A DNA stretch of 32,000 bases from Promethearchaeum syntrophicum (GCF_008000775.2 NZ_CP042905.2:390001-422000), one strand, 5' to 3'. Positions 8,669-18,633 are shown, numbered from the stretch's first letter. Program-made: numbers and translations. The notes: a model not told the origin generated them from the sequence alone.

Positions 8669-10666
8669 ATGATGAACGAAGAGCTATCTTTTAAACTTAA
8701 AAATTTACCAGATAATCCCGGAGTTTATCTATTTAGAGATATTGAAAATGTTATATTGTATATAGGGAAAGCAAAATCTCTAAAAAAAAGGGTTGTTTCA
8801 TACTGGAAAGAGCGAAATCCGAAAGATGATCCTATTTATAATAAAAAAATTGTAAAATTAGTCAGTTTAATCCATGATATCGACCTTTTTGTAGTAGAAA
8901 ATGAAGCCGAAGCTTTAATCTTAGAAAATGAATTGATAAAAAAGCATCAGCCTCGATTCAATGCTTTAGCCAAGGATGATAAATCATACCCATGGGTAAA
9001 GATCACTAAAGAAAAATTCCCTAGAGTCTCCATAATTCGATCTCCAGAGCGTCATGGATTACAAAATAAATTTATCGGACCTTTTGTTGATGCTGGAGAT
9101 CTTAGACATTTATTAAGATATATTCGGAAAATTTTTCCATATTGTACATGTAAAACCAAATCTTCACGTAATAGTCGGATTCGTCCATGTGTATATTATC
9201 AAATTAATTTATGTCCAGCACCATGTTGTGAGAAAATTGATGAGAAAAAATATATGGAAAATATTGAAAATATCGAGCAACTTCTTGTTGGAAACATTGA
9301 TGAAATGCAAGAAAATTTTAAAGCTAAAATGATACAAGCATCTAATGAATTAAATTTTGAAGAAGCTGCTATTTACCGCAACCATCTTAAAGAACTTGAA
9401 ATTTTTACCGTAGAACAATCAATTATTTCTTATGATCTTGAAAAAACTGCGAAGAAAGGACAGGTTACTGAAGAGGTTACTAAACCAGTGTGGAAAGACC
9501 TTGACATAGTTGCAGGTTTTTTTTCCAAGGTTAGAGCAGGAATAATAATTCTTCATGTAAGACACGGGAGGTTAATCGGTAAAACCCCTTATGTGATAGA
9601 TCTTGGGGAAAAAATAATAACAAAGTCAAATTATTTTATATCTTTATTTAAACAGCATTATCTTCGCCCAGAAATTCCCGTACCTAATGAAATTGTTTCA
9701 AAATATGAATTTCCCCAAGATATTATTGAAGGATTATCCACTTATTTTTCTAAAAATAATTTAAATTCAAAAAAAATTGTATTTCGTGTACCATCAGAAG
9801 ATGATAAAACTGCGGGACTTCAAAGGATAGCAAGGAAAAATATCGAATTATTAGTTCACCAAAAAGATTCGTTTGATGTACATAAAGGAATCACCCAAGG
9901 ACTCAAAAATCTTAAAGAAATACTAAATCTAGATGAAATTCCTTTAATCATTGAGGCGTTCGATATGTCTCATACTCAAGGAACTGATTATGTAGGATCC
10001 ATGGTCTGTTTCGTAGAAGGAAAACCCAGTAAAAGTCATTATCGGAGATATAAAGTAAGAAATACTCAAAAACCTGATGATATTGCAGCAATGAAAGAGG
10101 TAATGACCAGAAGATATACGCGCGCAATAAAAGATGATAATTTGCCTGATTTAATTGTGGTTGATGGTGGGAAGGGGCAATTAAATATGGCTCATACACT
10201 TCTAAATGATCTTGGGATTGATAACATTCCTCATATTGGTTTAAGTAAACCAGAAGGAAGAAGTGAAATAAATCAACCCCCTAAAATTATTTTACCCGAA
10301 CAGCAAGATTATATTGAGCTTCCGCTAAAATCTGAATCACTTCATATTTTACAAGCACTTAGAGATGAGTCTCATAGATTTGCAATTAATTATCATCGAT
10401 TATTAAGGAAAAAACGACAGAAAAAATCGGAACTTGATGATATTTCTGGAATTGGACCTGCTCGAAAACGGAAATTGTTAACTTTTTTTGGTTCTGTTAA
10501 GGAAATAAAAAAGGCTACAGAAGAACAAATTGCTGAAGTTGTTGGTTCATCAAATGCACAAAATATTTTCAACCATTTTGAACATAAAAGAAGCAAAGAA
10601 AAACGGTTTAAAAAGAAAACCAGTCGTAAGAAGGCAGTTTCCTCATTTTCAAAGCAACAAAAATAA
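8669..10666 (+). CDS. uvrC: Excinuclease ABC subunit C
   Basis: GIY-YIG domain LPDNPGVYLFRDIENVILYIGKAKSLKKRVVSYW; UVR motif EEAAIYRNHLKELE; UvrC core IIEAFDMSHTQGTDYVGSMVCFVEGKPSKSHYRRYKV and LIVVDGGKGQLNMA; C-terminal HhH DISGIGPARKRKLLTFFGSVKEIKKAT. Confidence 0.97.
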   Translation: MMNEELSFKLKNLPDNPGVYLFRDIENVILYIGKAKSLKKRVVSYWKERNPKDDPIYNKKIVKLVSLIHDIDLFVVENEAEALILENELIKKHQPRFNALAKDDKSYPWVKITKEKFPRVSIIRSPERHGLQNKFIGPFVDAGDLRHLLRYIRKIFPYCTCKTKSSRNSRIRPCVYYQINLCPAPCCEKIDEKKYMENIENIEQLLVGNIDEMQENFKAKMIQASNELNFEEAAIYRNHLKELEIFTVEQSIISYDLEKTAKKGQVTEEVTKPVWKDLDIVAGFFSKVRAGIIILHVRHGRLIGKTPYVIDLGEKIITKSNYFISLFKQHYLRPEIPVPNEIVSKYEFPQDIIEGLSTYFSKNNLNSKKIVFRVPSEDDKTAGLQRIARKNIELLVHQKDSFDVHKGITQGLKNLKEILNLDEIPLIIEAFDMSHTQGTDYVGSMVCFVEGKPSKSHYRRYKVRNTQKPDDIAAMKEVMTRRYTRAIKDDNLPDLIVVDGGKGQLNMAHTLLNDLGIDNIPHIGLSKPEGRSEINQPPKIILPEQQDYIELPLKSESLHILQALRDESHRFAINYHRLLRKKRQKKSELDDISGIGPARKRKLLTFFGSVKEIKKATEEQIAEVVGSSNAQNIFNHFEHKRSKEKRFKKKTSRKKAVSSFSKQQK

Positions 10667-10672
10667 TGATTA

Positions 10673-12223
10673 TTAATTTTCATGCTCGATTCTAAGTGCA
10701 TTTATCTGCTTTGTTGTGAATTTCTTTGATTCTCCTTGTTTAACATAATTTAAAAAAAAGATTGCAACAATTTCCCATAGAATAATATAAGGAAAGAGTG
10801 TTACGTACTGAAAACCTTCGTCACAATCGGTAATTATTTTATATAAACTGAAAACACTTCCAGCAATTAACGGACTAAAAGTTGCACTTAGCTGACTAAA
10901 TAAATAATATACTCCTGTATAGGCACCAATTTTACCTTTGGGTGCCATTTGCCATATAATAACAATTGAATTTATGATTACAAATCCAAAAAAAATCCCC
11001 ATAAAACCCATCAAAATTCTTATTAGAATTAGATTTTTCAAATAAATCATAAAAAATGAGCAAATGCTAAGTCCAATTAATCCCAAAAATATAGTTTTTT
11101 TGCGCCCAAACTTTTCGGCAATTTTACCTGCTGGAATTGCAGTAATTATCATAACTATGGGAGCAATAATTATAACTGAACTTGCTTCCCCTTCTTCTAA
11201 ACCTAAAAAACTCGTTGCATATAGGCTGTAATATGTCTCTAACGCGTTTTGGCTTAAAAACGATGTAAAAATTACAATTAACATAAATAAGGTGCTTTTT
11301 TCACTTTCTTTGAAAATAATCTTTAAAATTTCATAGGGTTTTTCTTTTTTTTCGATATTTTTCTCTTGTTCCCCTAAATAATCCAGAGTAATTGGATTAA
11401 TTGCTATGCTATATTCTCCAATTTTTAAAAATTTCTCTCCAGTCGGAGTTTCTTTTACCGTTAATAAGAATATTCCTAAGGCAATTGCAGTAGCGATACT
11501 TACAAGATAAAATCCCAAAGCTCGAGATAAATCTTTTTGATATAGTAATTGAGTACTATAAAATTTACCTGTAATAATAGGGATTACTAATCCTATTACC
11601 ATTGAAATTGCTCCTAGAGTATTTATAATTGCATTACCTGTAGATCTTACCTCAGGATCTGTCAAATCTGGTAAAACTGAAATACTGGCACTACGATAAA
11701 ATGACATTGAAAAATTGAACCAAATTATTACTGAAATTAATCCTATAAAAGGTCCAATTCCTCGTGAATCAGAGATTATTCCTAATATAGAAAAAGAAAT
11801 TACTGCGCTTATACATCCAATTATTATAAATGGTGTTCTTTTTCCTAATTTTGATTTTGCTCGATCAGAAATCGCCCCGAAATATGGAATCATAAGTACA
11901 GCAATTATATTATCAAGAACCATTATAATTCCGACATATAAATCCAGAAAATTTCCCGCATCTATATCTATAAAGAATTCTTTCAATAGTATAGGCATTA
12001 TAAAGTTATAATAAGCCCACACAATTGAAGAAGTCATAAAAGCAAGACCAATAAGAAAAGTTCTTCCATAATTTAATTTTCCTGGAGTATTAGGTGACAT
12101 TCGAGGCTTATACGAAGAATTTAAATTATCGTCATTTCCTATTGATGAGGGCATTTTTAAAATAAAATCTAATAATATTATTAAAATTTGTCCCGACATA
12201 TCGGAAAATATTAGTTTTAACAT
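10673..12223 (-). CDS. MFS / GPH-type (sugar:cation symporter-like) transporter
   Basis: About 12 hydrophobic segments; loop MIPYFGAISDRAKSKLGKRTPFIIIG; second-half motif GKIAEKFGRKKTIFLGLIG. Confidence 0.85.
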   Translation of the reverse strand: MLKLIFSDMSGQILIILLDFILKMPSSIGNDDNLNSSYKPRMSPNTPGKLNYGRTFLIGLAFMTSSIVWAYYNFIMPILLKEFFIDIDAGNFLDLYVGIIMVLDNIIAVLMIPYFGAISDRAKSKLGKRTPFIIIGCISAVISFSILGIISDSRGIGPFIGLISVIIWFNFSMSFYRSASISVLPDLTDPEVRSTGNAIINTLGAISMVIGLVIPIITGKFYSTQLLYQKDLSRALGFYLVSIATAIALGIFLLTVKETPTGEKFLKIGEYSIAINPITLDYLGEQEKNIEKKEKPYEILKIIFKESEKSTLFMLIVIFTSFLSQNALETYYSLYATSFLGLEEGEASSVIIIAPIVMIITAIPAGKIAEKFGRKKTIFLGLIGLSICSFFMIYLKNLILIRILMGFMGIFFGFVIINSIVIIWQMAPKGKIGAYTGVYYLFSQLSATFSPLIAGSVFSLYKIITDCDEGFQYVTLFPYIILWEIVAIFFLNYVKQGESKKFTTKQINALRIEHEN

Positions 12224-12315
12224 ATGTGAGGTTTAAGAGAATTATGAGAAAGAATTTATTTATAGAACGTAAAATTGGAAGTAAACCTTTTTTAAGGACT
12301 TCATAAAAGTAATAA

Positions 12316-13650
12316 ATGATTATAATGTCTGAAAAATCGATTATTGATCAAAGGGAACCTTGGCAAAAGAAGCCCAAATTTAATTGGGGAAAGACTCTTT
12401 TAATATCCTTTGGGTTTTTTGCCAGTTCTATAGCGTGGTCTCAATATAATTCTCAAATTCCGATTGCGTTGGATGTATTATTACCAAGTCAATATTTACT
12501 TATTGGATTCATAATGACGTTGGATAATATCATTGGAATGTTTCTTCAACCTATAATGGGAAATCTCTCGGATCGCACAAAATCTCGGTTCGGTCGAAGA
12601 ATGCCTTTTATTCTTATCGGCTTACCTATTTCTGCAGGATTATTTCTACTTCTTGCCTTAACGAAAAATACTTTATGGTTATATATAATAGTAATTTTCT
12701 TCTTTGTTACTGCAATGGCTATCTGGAGAGCTCCCGTAGTATCCATGATGCCTGACTTTGTTTCCCCTCAAAACAGGAGCAAAGGCAATGCTCTTGTAAA
12801 TATATTTGGAGGAATTGCATCAGCGGCAGCTGCCTTTGTAGGTGGGATCCTAATTGATAAGGATTATTTCATAGGTTTCGTGTTCGTGGTAGTGGCAATG
12901 ATCGTCGCATTAATAATTCTCTTTTTTGGAGTTAAAGAGCCAGATACAAGAGAATGGGACTTTTCTGAAGCTTTAAATAAAAAGAATGAAGCAGGAATAT
13001 GGAATAAAATCAAAGAATTGGTAAAAGAAGAGGAAAAATCTCCGATTTGGATGTTAATTGCAATCTGGGCTTGGTTTATGACCCATCAAGCAATTGAATC
13101 TTTATTGAGTCTATATGCTACGAAAATAATAGGAGTTTCTGATGGAGAGGCACAACAGTTATTACTTTATGTCTCTATTTCGTTTATTATTTTTGCTTTT
13201 GTGTCTTCATTTTTATCTAAAAAATTAACTAGACGTACCACCATCTTAATTGGGTTGGGTATTTGCATCCTTTCATTAGTATCAGCCATTTTCATAAAAG
13301 GTCCAGATCAATTATGGCTTCTTATCGCTATATTAATCGTATATGGAGCTGGATGGGCATTTATTAATATAAATAGTATTGCAATGATGTGGGACATGGC
13401 CACTACTCCAAAACAAATCGGAACTTACACAGGACTTTATTATTTTGCTTCATTCCTTGCAGCCGTTCTGGGACCGATAAGTTTAGGATATATTATGGAA
13501 TATGTAGCAGGTTTAGAATATCTATTGCCTGTTGGTGCAGTTTTTATGCTGATTGCCATAATTGCAATGCTCTTTGTCAAACGAGGAGAGCCAGAACTGA
13601 CCGAAGAACAGAAATCAGATTTAGAGAAAGCGAAAATCGATGCAAAATAA
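12316..13650 (+). CDS. MFS / GPH-type transporter, paralogue of the divergent neighbour
   Basis: Multiple TM segments; LQPIMGNLSDRTKSRFGRRMPFILIG; TTPKQIGTYTGLYYFASFLAAVLGPISLGYI parallels APKGKIGAYTGVYYLFSQLSATFSPLIAGSV in the neighbour. Confidence 0.87.
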   Translation: MIIMSEKSIIDQREPWQKKPKFNWGKTLLISFGFFASSIAWSQYNSQIPIALDVLLPSQYLLIGFIMTLDNIIGMFLQPIMGNLSDRTKSRFGRRMPFILIGLPISAGLFLLLALTKNTLWLYIIVIFFFVTAMAIWRAPVVSMMPDFVSPQNRSKGNALVNIFGGIASAAAAFVGGILIDKDYFIGFVFVVVAMIVALIILFFGVKEPDTREWDFSEALNKKNEAGIWNKIKELVKEEEKSPIWMLIAIWAWFMTHQAIESLLSLYATKIIGVSDGEAQQLLLYVSISFIIFAFVSSFLSKKLTRRTTILIGLGICILSLVSAIFIKGPDQLWLLIAILIVYGAGWAFININSIAMMWDMATTPKQIGTYTGLYYFASFLAAVLGPISLGYIMEYVAGLEYLLPVGAVFMLIAIIAMLFVKRGEPELTEEQKSDLEKAKIDAK

Positions 13651-13737
13651 TACTTTTTTATTATTCTTAAATATTTCAATTTTTTTCTCTTTTTCTTTTT
13701 AAACCTTCTTTATTCTAGAAAGAAATCTTAAACGAAT

Positions 13738-14895
13738 TTGCATTTTAAAATAAATATGAATCTATTTGAAAGAACAAAAATAATTTTAGAAAAACATGAT
13801 ATTGATGGTTGGTTAGTAATGAGTAGTGAAGGAAATGATATTCACGCACAATATTTATTAGATGTTGAAGCTCACATAATGCATTTCATATATATATCTC
13901 GAAATGAAAAAGATCATGTTGTTTCATGCGTAATGGAAGCACCTATGATCAAAAAATCTTTGGAACGGCAAGGAATTGAAGCAGAAGTATCTACATACAA
14001 ATCTTTCAAAGATATTGGATCAATTCTTGCAAAACTATTAAAAGATAAGAAAATTGCGCTAAATTTTGGAGAAGATGTATTATCTTCTAGTGGAACAGGA
14101 TATGCTGAATTCCTTCCAGTTGGATTATATAATGCTTTACTGAAATATTCACCAACTACAAAATTTGTATCTGCAGCTCCGATAATCTATGAATTACGGA
14201 GTGTGAAATCCCCTGAAGAAATTGAAGATTTAAAGCATGCAACAAAAGCCACCATTGAAATTTTGGAAGATATCCCAAATTGGGTAAAAATTGGGATGAC
14301 TGAAAAAGAAATCAAAGCCAAACTTGAATATGAATATCTGAAAATTGGGACTCTTTCATTTCCTGCAATTGTTGCAAATAATGAACATGCTGCCGATCCC
14401 CATCATAACTGTTCGGATAAAAAAGTGGAAAAAGGGGTCTTATTAATTGATTCTGGAGTAAAAACCCGTCGAATATGCTCAGACATTACTTGGACATATT
14501 GGGTGGGAGGAAACCCTCCGGAAGATTTCCTTCAAGCCTATGATGCATTATATTATTCTAAAAAAGTATCATATAAATATATTAAAGCGGGAGCACCAGC
14601 AAATATGCCCGCAATTAAATGTCGTGAAGCGTTGCAAGAACGCGGCTACGATACAGATAAATTATATTTCCATGGTCTTGCTCATCCAATAGGATTTGTG
14701 GTGCACGATATCGGACCAGGAATGAGTATGAAAACAGATCCAAGCCGCTTACTCGTTGAAAACATGGTCTATTCAAATGAACCTGGACTATATTGGGAAA
14801 ATAAATGGGGAATTCGTCTGGAAGACGATTTGGTGGTAGGAAAAGATGGGGCTATTGTTGTTTCTTATAATCCGAAGAATCCCCTCCTAATTTAA
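13738..14895 (+). CDS. M24-family metallopeptidase (Xaa-Pro aminopeptidase/prolidase-like)
   Basis: Metal-ligand motifs LLIDSGVKTRRICSDITWTYW, GLAHPIGFVVHDIGPGM, SNEPGLYWENKWGIRLEDDLVV. Confidence 0.92.
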   Translation: MHFKINMNLFERTKIILEKHDIDGWLVMSSEGNDIHAQYLLDVEAHIMHFIYISRNEKDHVVSCVMEAPMIKKSLERQGIEAEVSTYKSFKDIGSILAKLLKDKKIALNFGEDVLSSSGTGYAEFLPVGLYNALLKYSPTTKFVSAAPIIYELRSVKSPEEIEDLKHATKATIEILEDIPNWVKIGMTEKEIKAKLEYEYLKIGTLSFPAIVANNEHAADPHHNCSDKKVEKGVLLIDSGVKTRRICSDITWTYWVGGNPPEDFLQAYDALYYSKKVSYKYIKAGAPANMPAIKCREALQERGYDTDKLYFHGLAHPIGFVVHDIGPGMSMKTDPSRLLVENMVYSNEPGLYWENKWGIRLEDDLVVGKDGAIVVSYNPKNPLLI

Positions 14896-15196
14896 TCAGA
14901 TTTTTATATTCTTCAATAATTAGATTAAATTTTTTAATATCTTCTTCATTTTTTGTATTTTTAATTAATTCCATTGTTAAATTTATTTTTTTATTTAAAA
15001 ATTCTTTAATATTCTCTTGATTTATATTATCAATCTCTAAAACTTCCAAAATTTCATAATATATTTTTGATTTTAATAAATATTCATCATACATTTGTTT
15101 AGATAAGTGAGATATTAAATTTGGATTATAATCTTCAAGTTGGCTTTCATTTTTTATTTTCAAATCGGTAATATAAAAAGAATCTCGAATATTCAT
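14852..15196 (-). CDS. Hypothetical helical protein
   Basis: 114-aa ORF rich in E/K/N/I/L, predicted helical. Overlaps the 3' end of the convergent M24 gene by 44 nt. No family recognised. Confidence 0.4.
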   Translation of the reverse strand: MNIRDSFYITDLKIKNESQLEDYNPNLISHLSKQMYDEYLLKSKIYYEILEVLEIDNINQENIKEFLNKKINLTMELIKNTKNEEDIKKFNLIIEEYKNLIKLGGDSSDYKKQQ

Positions 15197-15251
15197 AATA
15201 TGATATTGTCTTACGAAAAATTTAGTTATAGTAATTTCTACTTCGTTTTAT

Positions 15252-16058
15252 TTAAGTTAAATTTACCTTAAATCTGCATTGTTCATCCCCATGAGCAATG
15301 CATTGCGTTTCTTTTATTTGAATTGAATCTAAACTTATGCTTTTTTTTATATAGCCTTCAATAAAACCTTCAAGAAATTTACATGAAAACTCAGACGATT
15401 TTATACCACGGCATATAGGACACATGGGGATATCTATTTGTATTTCTTGTTCGTTTGAACTTGACACATTATTTATTGAAAATAAATTAAGTTCCTTTCG
15501 GATATGCTTCTTAAGTGATTTGAACGAAGAAACACTCGCTGCTCGTGCTAAACCTGTTTCTTCTCCAATAAGTTTAAGATATTTGGGTTCAAACTTGGAT
15601 TGAAATTTCCTAATTACTCGTATCACATGTTTTGGGAAATCTTTTTCAATAAATAATTTTGAAAAATCACCATATACGATTTCATCAATTTTCTTCCTAA
15701 ATCCTTCAAATATTGAAATTTTACCCTTCCAATTTTCAATCTCTTGGGAATAATCTTCTAAAAAACTTTCTCTAATTTTTTTAAGCGAACTTCCAATGAT
15801 TTCACTATGAGGATCCTCTTCAACCAATCCAACAAAAATTAATTTTTTATAAGAAGTAATGAACACACGTAATTCTCCAGTCTGAAAATATTTTATATCT
15901 CCAATTTCCAATTCTGAAGTAAACATGGAAAGAGCTGAAATTAATCCTGAGAAAAGGTTTCCATTTATCTCATATTTTTTTTTGGTAAAGGAATGTCTTA
16001 ATAACAGCAAAGATGACCCTTCTTGGATAATAAAAATCTCGAGTAGCATAAAATTCAC
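15252..16058 (-). CDS. Protein with N-terminal longin/roadblock-like domain and C-terminal V4R-like domain
   Basis: N-terminus MLLEIFIIQEGSSLLLLRHSF...LFSGLISALSMFTSELEIGDIKYFQTGELRVFITSYKKLIFVGLVEED resembles longin-like sensor domains. C-terminus CPICRG...SCKFLEGFIEGYIKKSIS...IKETQCIAHGDEQCRFKV matches the V4R cysteine/glycine pattern. Confidence 0.65.
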   Translation of the reverse strand: MNFMLLEIFIIQEGSSLLLLRHSFTKKKYEINGNLFSGLISALSMFTSELEIGDIKYFQTGELRVFITSYKKLIFVGLVEEDPHSEIIGSSLKKIRESFLEDYSQEIENWKGKISIFEGFRKKIDEIVYGDFSKLFIEKDFPKHVIRVIRKFQSKFEPKYLKLIGEETGLARAASVSSFKSLKKHIRKELNLFSINNVSSSNEQEIQIDIPMCPICRGIKSSEFSCKFLEGFIEGYIKKSISLDSIQIKETQCIAHGDEQCRFKVNLT

Positions 16059-16122
16059 TTATTCCTTTACAAATTTATTAATTATAAATACATGTTAGAA
16101 ATTAATTTGATCTTTAAAAAAA

Positions 16123-16539
16123 TTATGAATCTGAGTTTTTACCGTCTTCTCCCATTAAGAATTTTGTGAATCTAAAAAGTATCATCAGTGAAATAGCAAA
16201 AAGTAATAGACCAACTATCTGAAAAATTACTAAAGTTAATTTATAAGGTTCATAGTTATCTATCCAATAAAATTCTGTAAAGAAATCCAACCCTGCAGAA
16301 AGAGTTCCAAGAACAATCCCGCTAATTAAAACCAAGAATCCTTTGGATGCAAATATTCTATTATTTTTCTTTGCATAAAATGCCATTAACAGTACAAATA
16401 GATACGCAAATAAAGCCAATCCTTCTAAAATTGCATCAAGAATATCGATGTCTTCAAGTGGGCTAAGAAATTGCATAAGTTCCACTTTATTTTCCCTCCC
16501 AAATTTTAATACCATAAAGGGCGATTCTGTAAAATGCAA
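16123..16539 (-). CDS. Small multi-pass membrane protein, unknown function
   Basis: Three or more hydrophobic segments (ILEGLALFAYLFVLLMAFYA, GFLVLISGIVLGTLSAGLDFF, LTLVIFQIVGLLLFAISLMILF). An internal ATG 24 nt in may be the true start. Confidence 0.6.
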   Translation of the reverse strand: MHFTESPFMVLKFGRENKVELMQFLSPLEDIDILDAILEGLALFAYLFVLLMAFYAKKNNRIFASKGFLVLISGIVLGTLSAGLDFFTEFYWIDNYEPYKLTLVIFQIVGLLLFAISLMILFRFTKFLMGEDGKNSDS

Positions 16540-16852
16540 ATCCTATGATAAACAATCCGATAAAGGCAAAAATTGCATCTAACATGTCGAATACTGAATA
16601 AGCGAGCGCAGTTTCACCATTGATTTTTTTTGTCACCCAAGTATCTAATAAATCAAAAATAAAATGAGCAGCAAATACCCCAAAACCAATAATCATTTCA
16701 TTAAAACCCTTGCGAGTTAATTTTGGGTAGTGAATTTTTAAATAAATAATAATAATTATTACAGATAAAGCAGCGATAGCCGTAATTAATTCAATAGTAA
16801 TTGTTCCTAATTCATCATTTAATCTCAATTGGTCTATTGAATCCCACTCCAT
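16487..16852 (-). CDS. Small multi-pass membrane protein, unknown function
   Basis: Hydrophobic segments ITAIAALSVIIIIIYL, MIIGFGVFAAHFIFDLLDTW, MLDAIFAFIGLFIIGFAFYRI. Overlaps the next gene start. Confidence 0.6.
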   Translation of the reverse strand: MEWDSIDQLRLNDELGTITIELITAIAALSVIIIIIYLKIHYPKLTRKGFNEMIIGFGVFAAHFIFDLLDTWVTKKINGETALAYSVFDMLDAIFAFIGLFIIGFAFYRIALYGIKIWEGK

Positions 16853-16985
16853 ATCTAACTATCAACCTAAGGTAATAAATAATTATTGATTAGAAATAGA
16901 ATGAAGAAAAAATTTTTTGATAAAAAGTGGTCTCTTCATTTTTAATATATGATTGATTTTAATTTAGAATAATAGTGATTAAAGA

Positions 16986-18167
16986 ATGTCAAAAAATAAA
17001 AATTTAGAAGCTCTTAAGAAAAGCTCATCCAATTTGAATAAAATTCTTTTAATTTTTATGATTATTTTCACATCTATATTTTGGGCTTTCGCATTTTATG
17101 CCCCTATAGAATATTCACGAGGAGAATATCAAATCAACAACGATAATTCCAATTATTTAAATATAACTAAAATTGAATTAAACTACAATGCAGAAAAGGC
17201 TTCAGTTAACATAAAATTTGAAGATGATATGCATTATATTCTTAATTCTAATTGGAAACAAATAACCTCTCCATCATTCCCGTATGAACCTATAGATATT
17301 CATTTTCAGGAAACTATATTAGATAATAATACTCTTGAAATCAATGTTACAAGCACTGGAGAAGGTTTTTTTGATAGTGATTGGAATTTATTTTATGATT
17401 TTGAAATAATTATTGATAATTCCTATTTAGTTGATCTTAATTCTCAAGTGACCCATTCTCAGGTAAATATTGAAGCCACAGATACTGAATTTAGTATTTT
17501 TAATCTAAATAGTGAAACTGGTAGTATACATGTGGATTTTCACAATGTTTATATCCATTCGTCAGTTAATATCTCTGAAAAATCTGGTTATACTGATTTC
17601 AATATATATAATAGTAACATCACTTCAAATATCAATTTTGAAGGAGATTCTGGATCAGTATATTTTTATTTTTATAATTCCGCTTTTGCAAATATCAATA
17701 TTCAAACCGAATCTGGATCCACATATTTGAGGGGAAATTCAAATATTTTTAAAAATGTGTCTATAGAAACTGCATCTAGTCATATAGGTATGGATGTAGA
17801 TAATTCCAACATACATAATATTAGACTTATCAGTTCTTCAGGAAGTATTCATTGTGAAATAAATGAAATCCTTTTATTAGGAAATGTTTCAATTTACAGT
17901 ACATCTGGATCATTAGATTGTGATTTTAGTGAAATTTCTTTTTATTCAGATAGAGTATTTGATTTATGGGATAATTCCGGATATATAGATTTTTATTGGG
18001 ATCAAGAAATACTTATGAATTCTTCAGCATATATCTTCATTGAAACAATTTCAAGCACTATCGATGTTGAAATCTATACTATACTAGAAAATATTGAATC
18101 AGAAAGATTTATTGTGCAAGCATCCTCTGAAACCGGGTTTTTCGATGTTGAAATATATGAGCGATAA
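16986..18167 (+). CDS. Membrane-anchored extracytoplasmic beta-solenoid-like protein
   Basis: Single N-terminal TM (ILLIFMIIFTSIFWAFAFYAPI) then repetitive S/N/D-rich beta-strand units (SETGSIHVDFHNVYIHSSVNISEKSGYTDFNIYNSNITSNINFEGDSGSVYFYFYNSAFANINIQTESGSTYLRG...). Confidence 0.65.
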   Translation: MSKNKNLEALKKSSSNLNKILLIFMIIFTSIFWAFAFYAPIEYSRGEYQINNDNSNYLNITKIELNYNAEKASVNIKFEDDMHYILNSNWKQITSPSFPYEPIDIHFQETILDNNTLEINVTSTGEGFFDSDWNLFYDFEIIIDNSYLVDLNSQVTHSQVNIEATDTEFSIFNLNSETGSIHVDFHNVYIHSSVNISEKSGYTDFNIYNSNITSNINFEGDSGSVYFYFYNSAFANINIQTESGSTYLRGNSNIFKNVSIETASSHIGMDVDNSNIHNIRLISSSGSIHCEINEILLLGNVSIYSTSGSLDCDFSEISFYSDRVFDLWDNSGYIDFYWDQEILMNSSAYIFIETISSTIDVEIYTILENIESERFIVQASSETGFFDVEIYER

Positions 18168-18182
18168 TATATTTTATTTATT

Positions 18183-18599
18183 ATGGTCTCAGATTTAAAA
18201 CAGTTCTCAATGAAAACAGAAGTTGATCAAATAGCAAATATTACAAAATTTGTTCAAAAAGCTGCAGATGAATCTTTAATAAAAGATGGAACAGTCACAA
18301 TTTTTCTTCCTGGTAGCACTGGGGGAATAACTACATTGGAATACGAACCTGGATTGGTAAAGAAAGACGTTCCTAAAATCTTACAGAAGTTAATTCCCAA
18401 AGGTCCTGATTATGCTCATCACCAAACATGGCATGATCATAACGGACATAGCCATTTACGCAGTTTTTTCATTAAACCTTCGCTTACAGTCCCCATTCAA
18501 GAAGGAAAATTATTATTAGGGACTTGGCAGCAAATTATTTTCTGTGAATTCGATGAAAAATCCCGAAATCGAACTATTTATTGTCAGTTTGTCGGGTAA
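18183..18599 (+). CDS. yjbQ: YjbQ/UPF0047 family protein (secondary thiamine-phosphate synthase-like)
   Basis: GTVTIFLPGSTGGITTLEYEPGLVKKDV, HHQTWHDHNGHSHLRSFFIKPSLTVPIQEGKLLLGTWQQIIFCEFDEKSRNRTI. Confidence 0.93.
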   Translation: MVSDLKQFSMKTEVDQIANITKFVQKAADESLIKDGTVTIFLPGSTGGITTLEYEPGLVKKDVPKILQKLIPKGPDYAHHQTWHDHNGHSHLRSFFIKPSLTVPIQEGKLLLGTWQQIIFCEFDEKSRNRTIYCQFVG

Positions 18600-18633
18600 T
18601 AAAAATTTAAAAGTTGGCATTATAAGAAAAAAA

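Noticed and set aside
11715-12011. Plus-strand 98-aa ORF inside the MFS gene
   Set aside because: Antisense frame over conserved GPH transporter motifs; no independent signal.
13389-13679. Overlapping ORFs 13389-13670 (+) and 13440-13679 (-) at the MFS gene end
   Set aside because: Alternate frames over the transporter C-terminus; sequences lack any family or start-site support.
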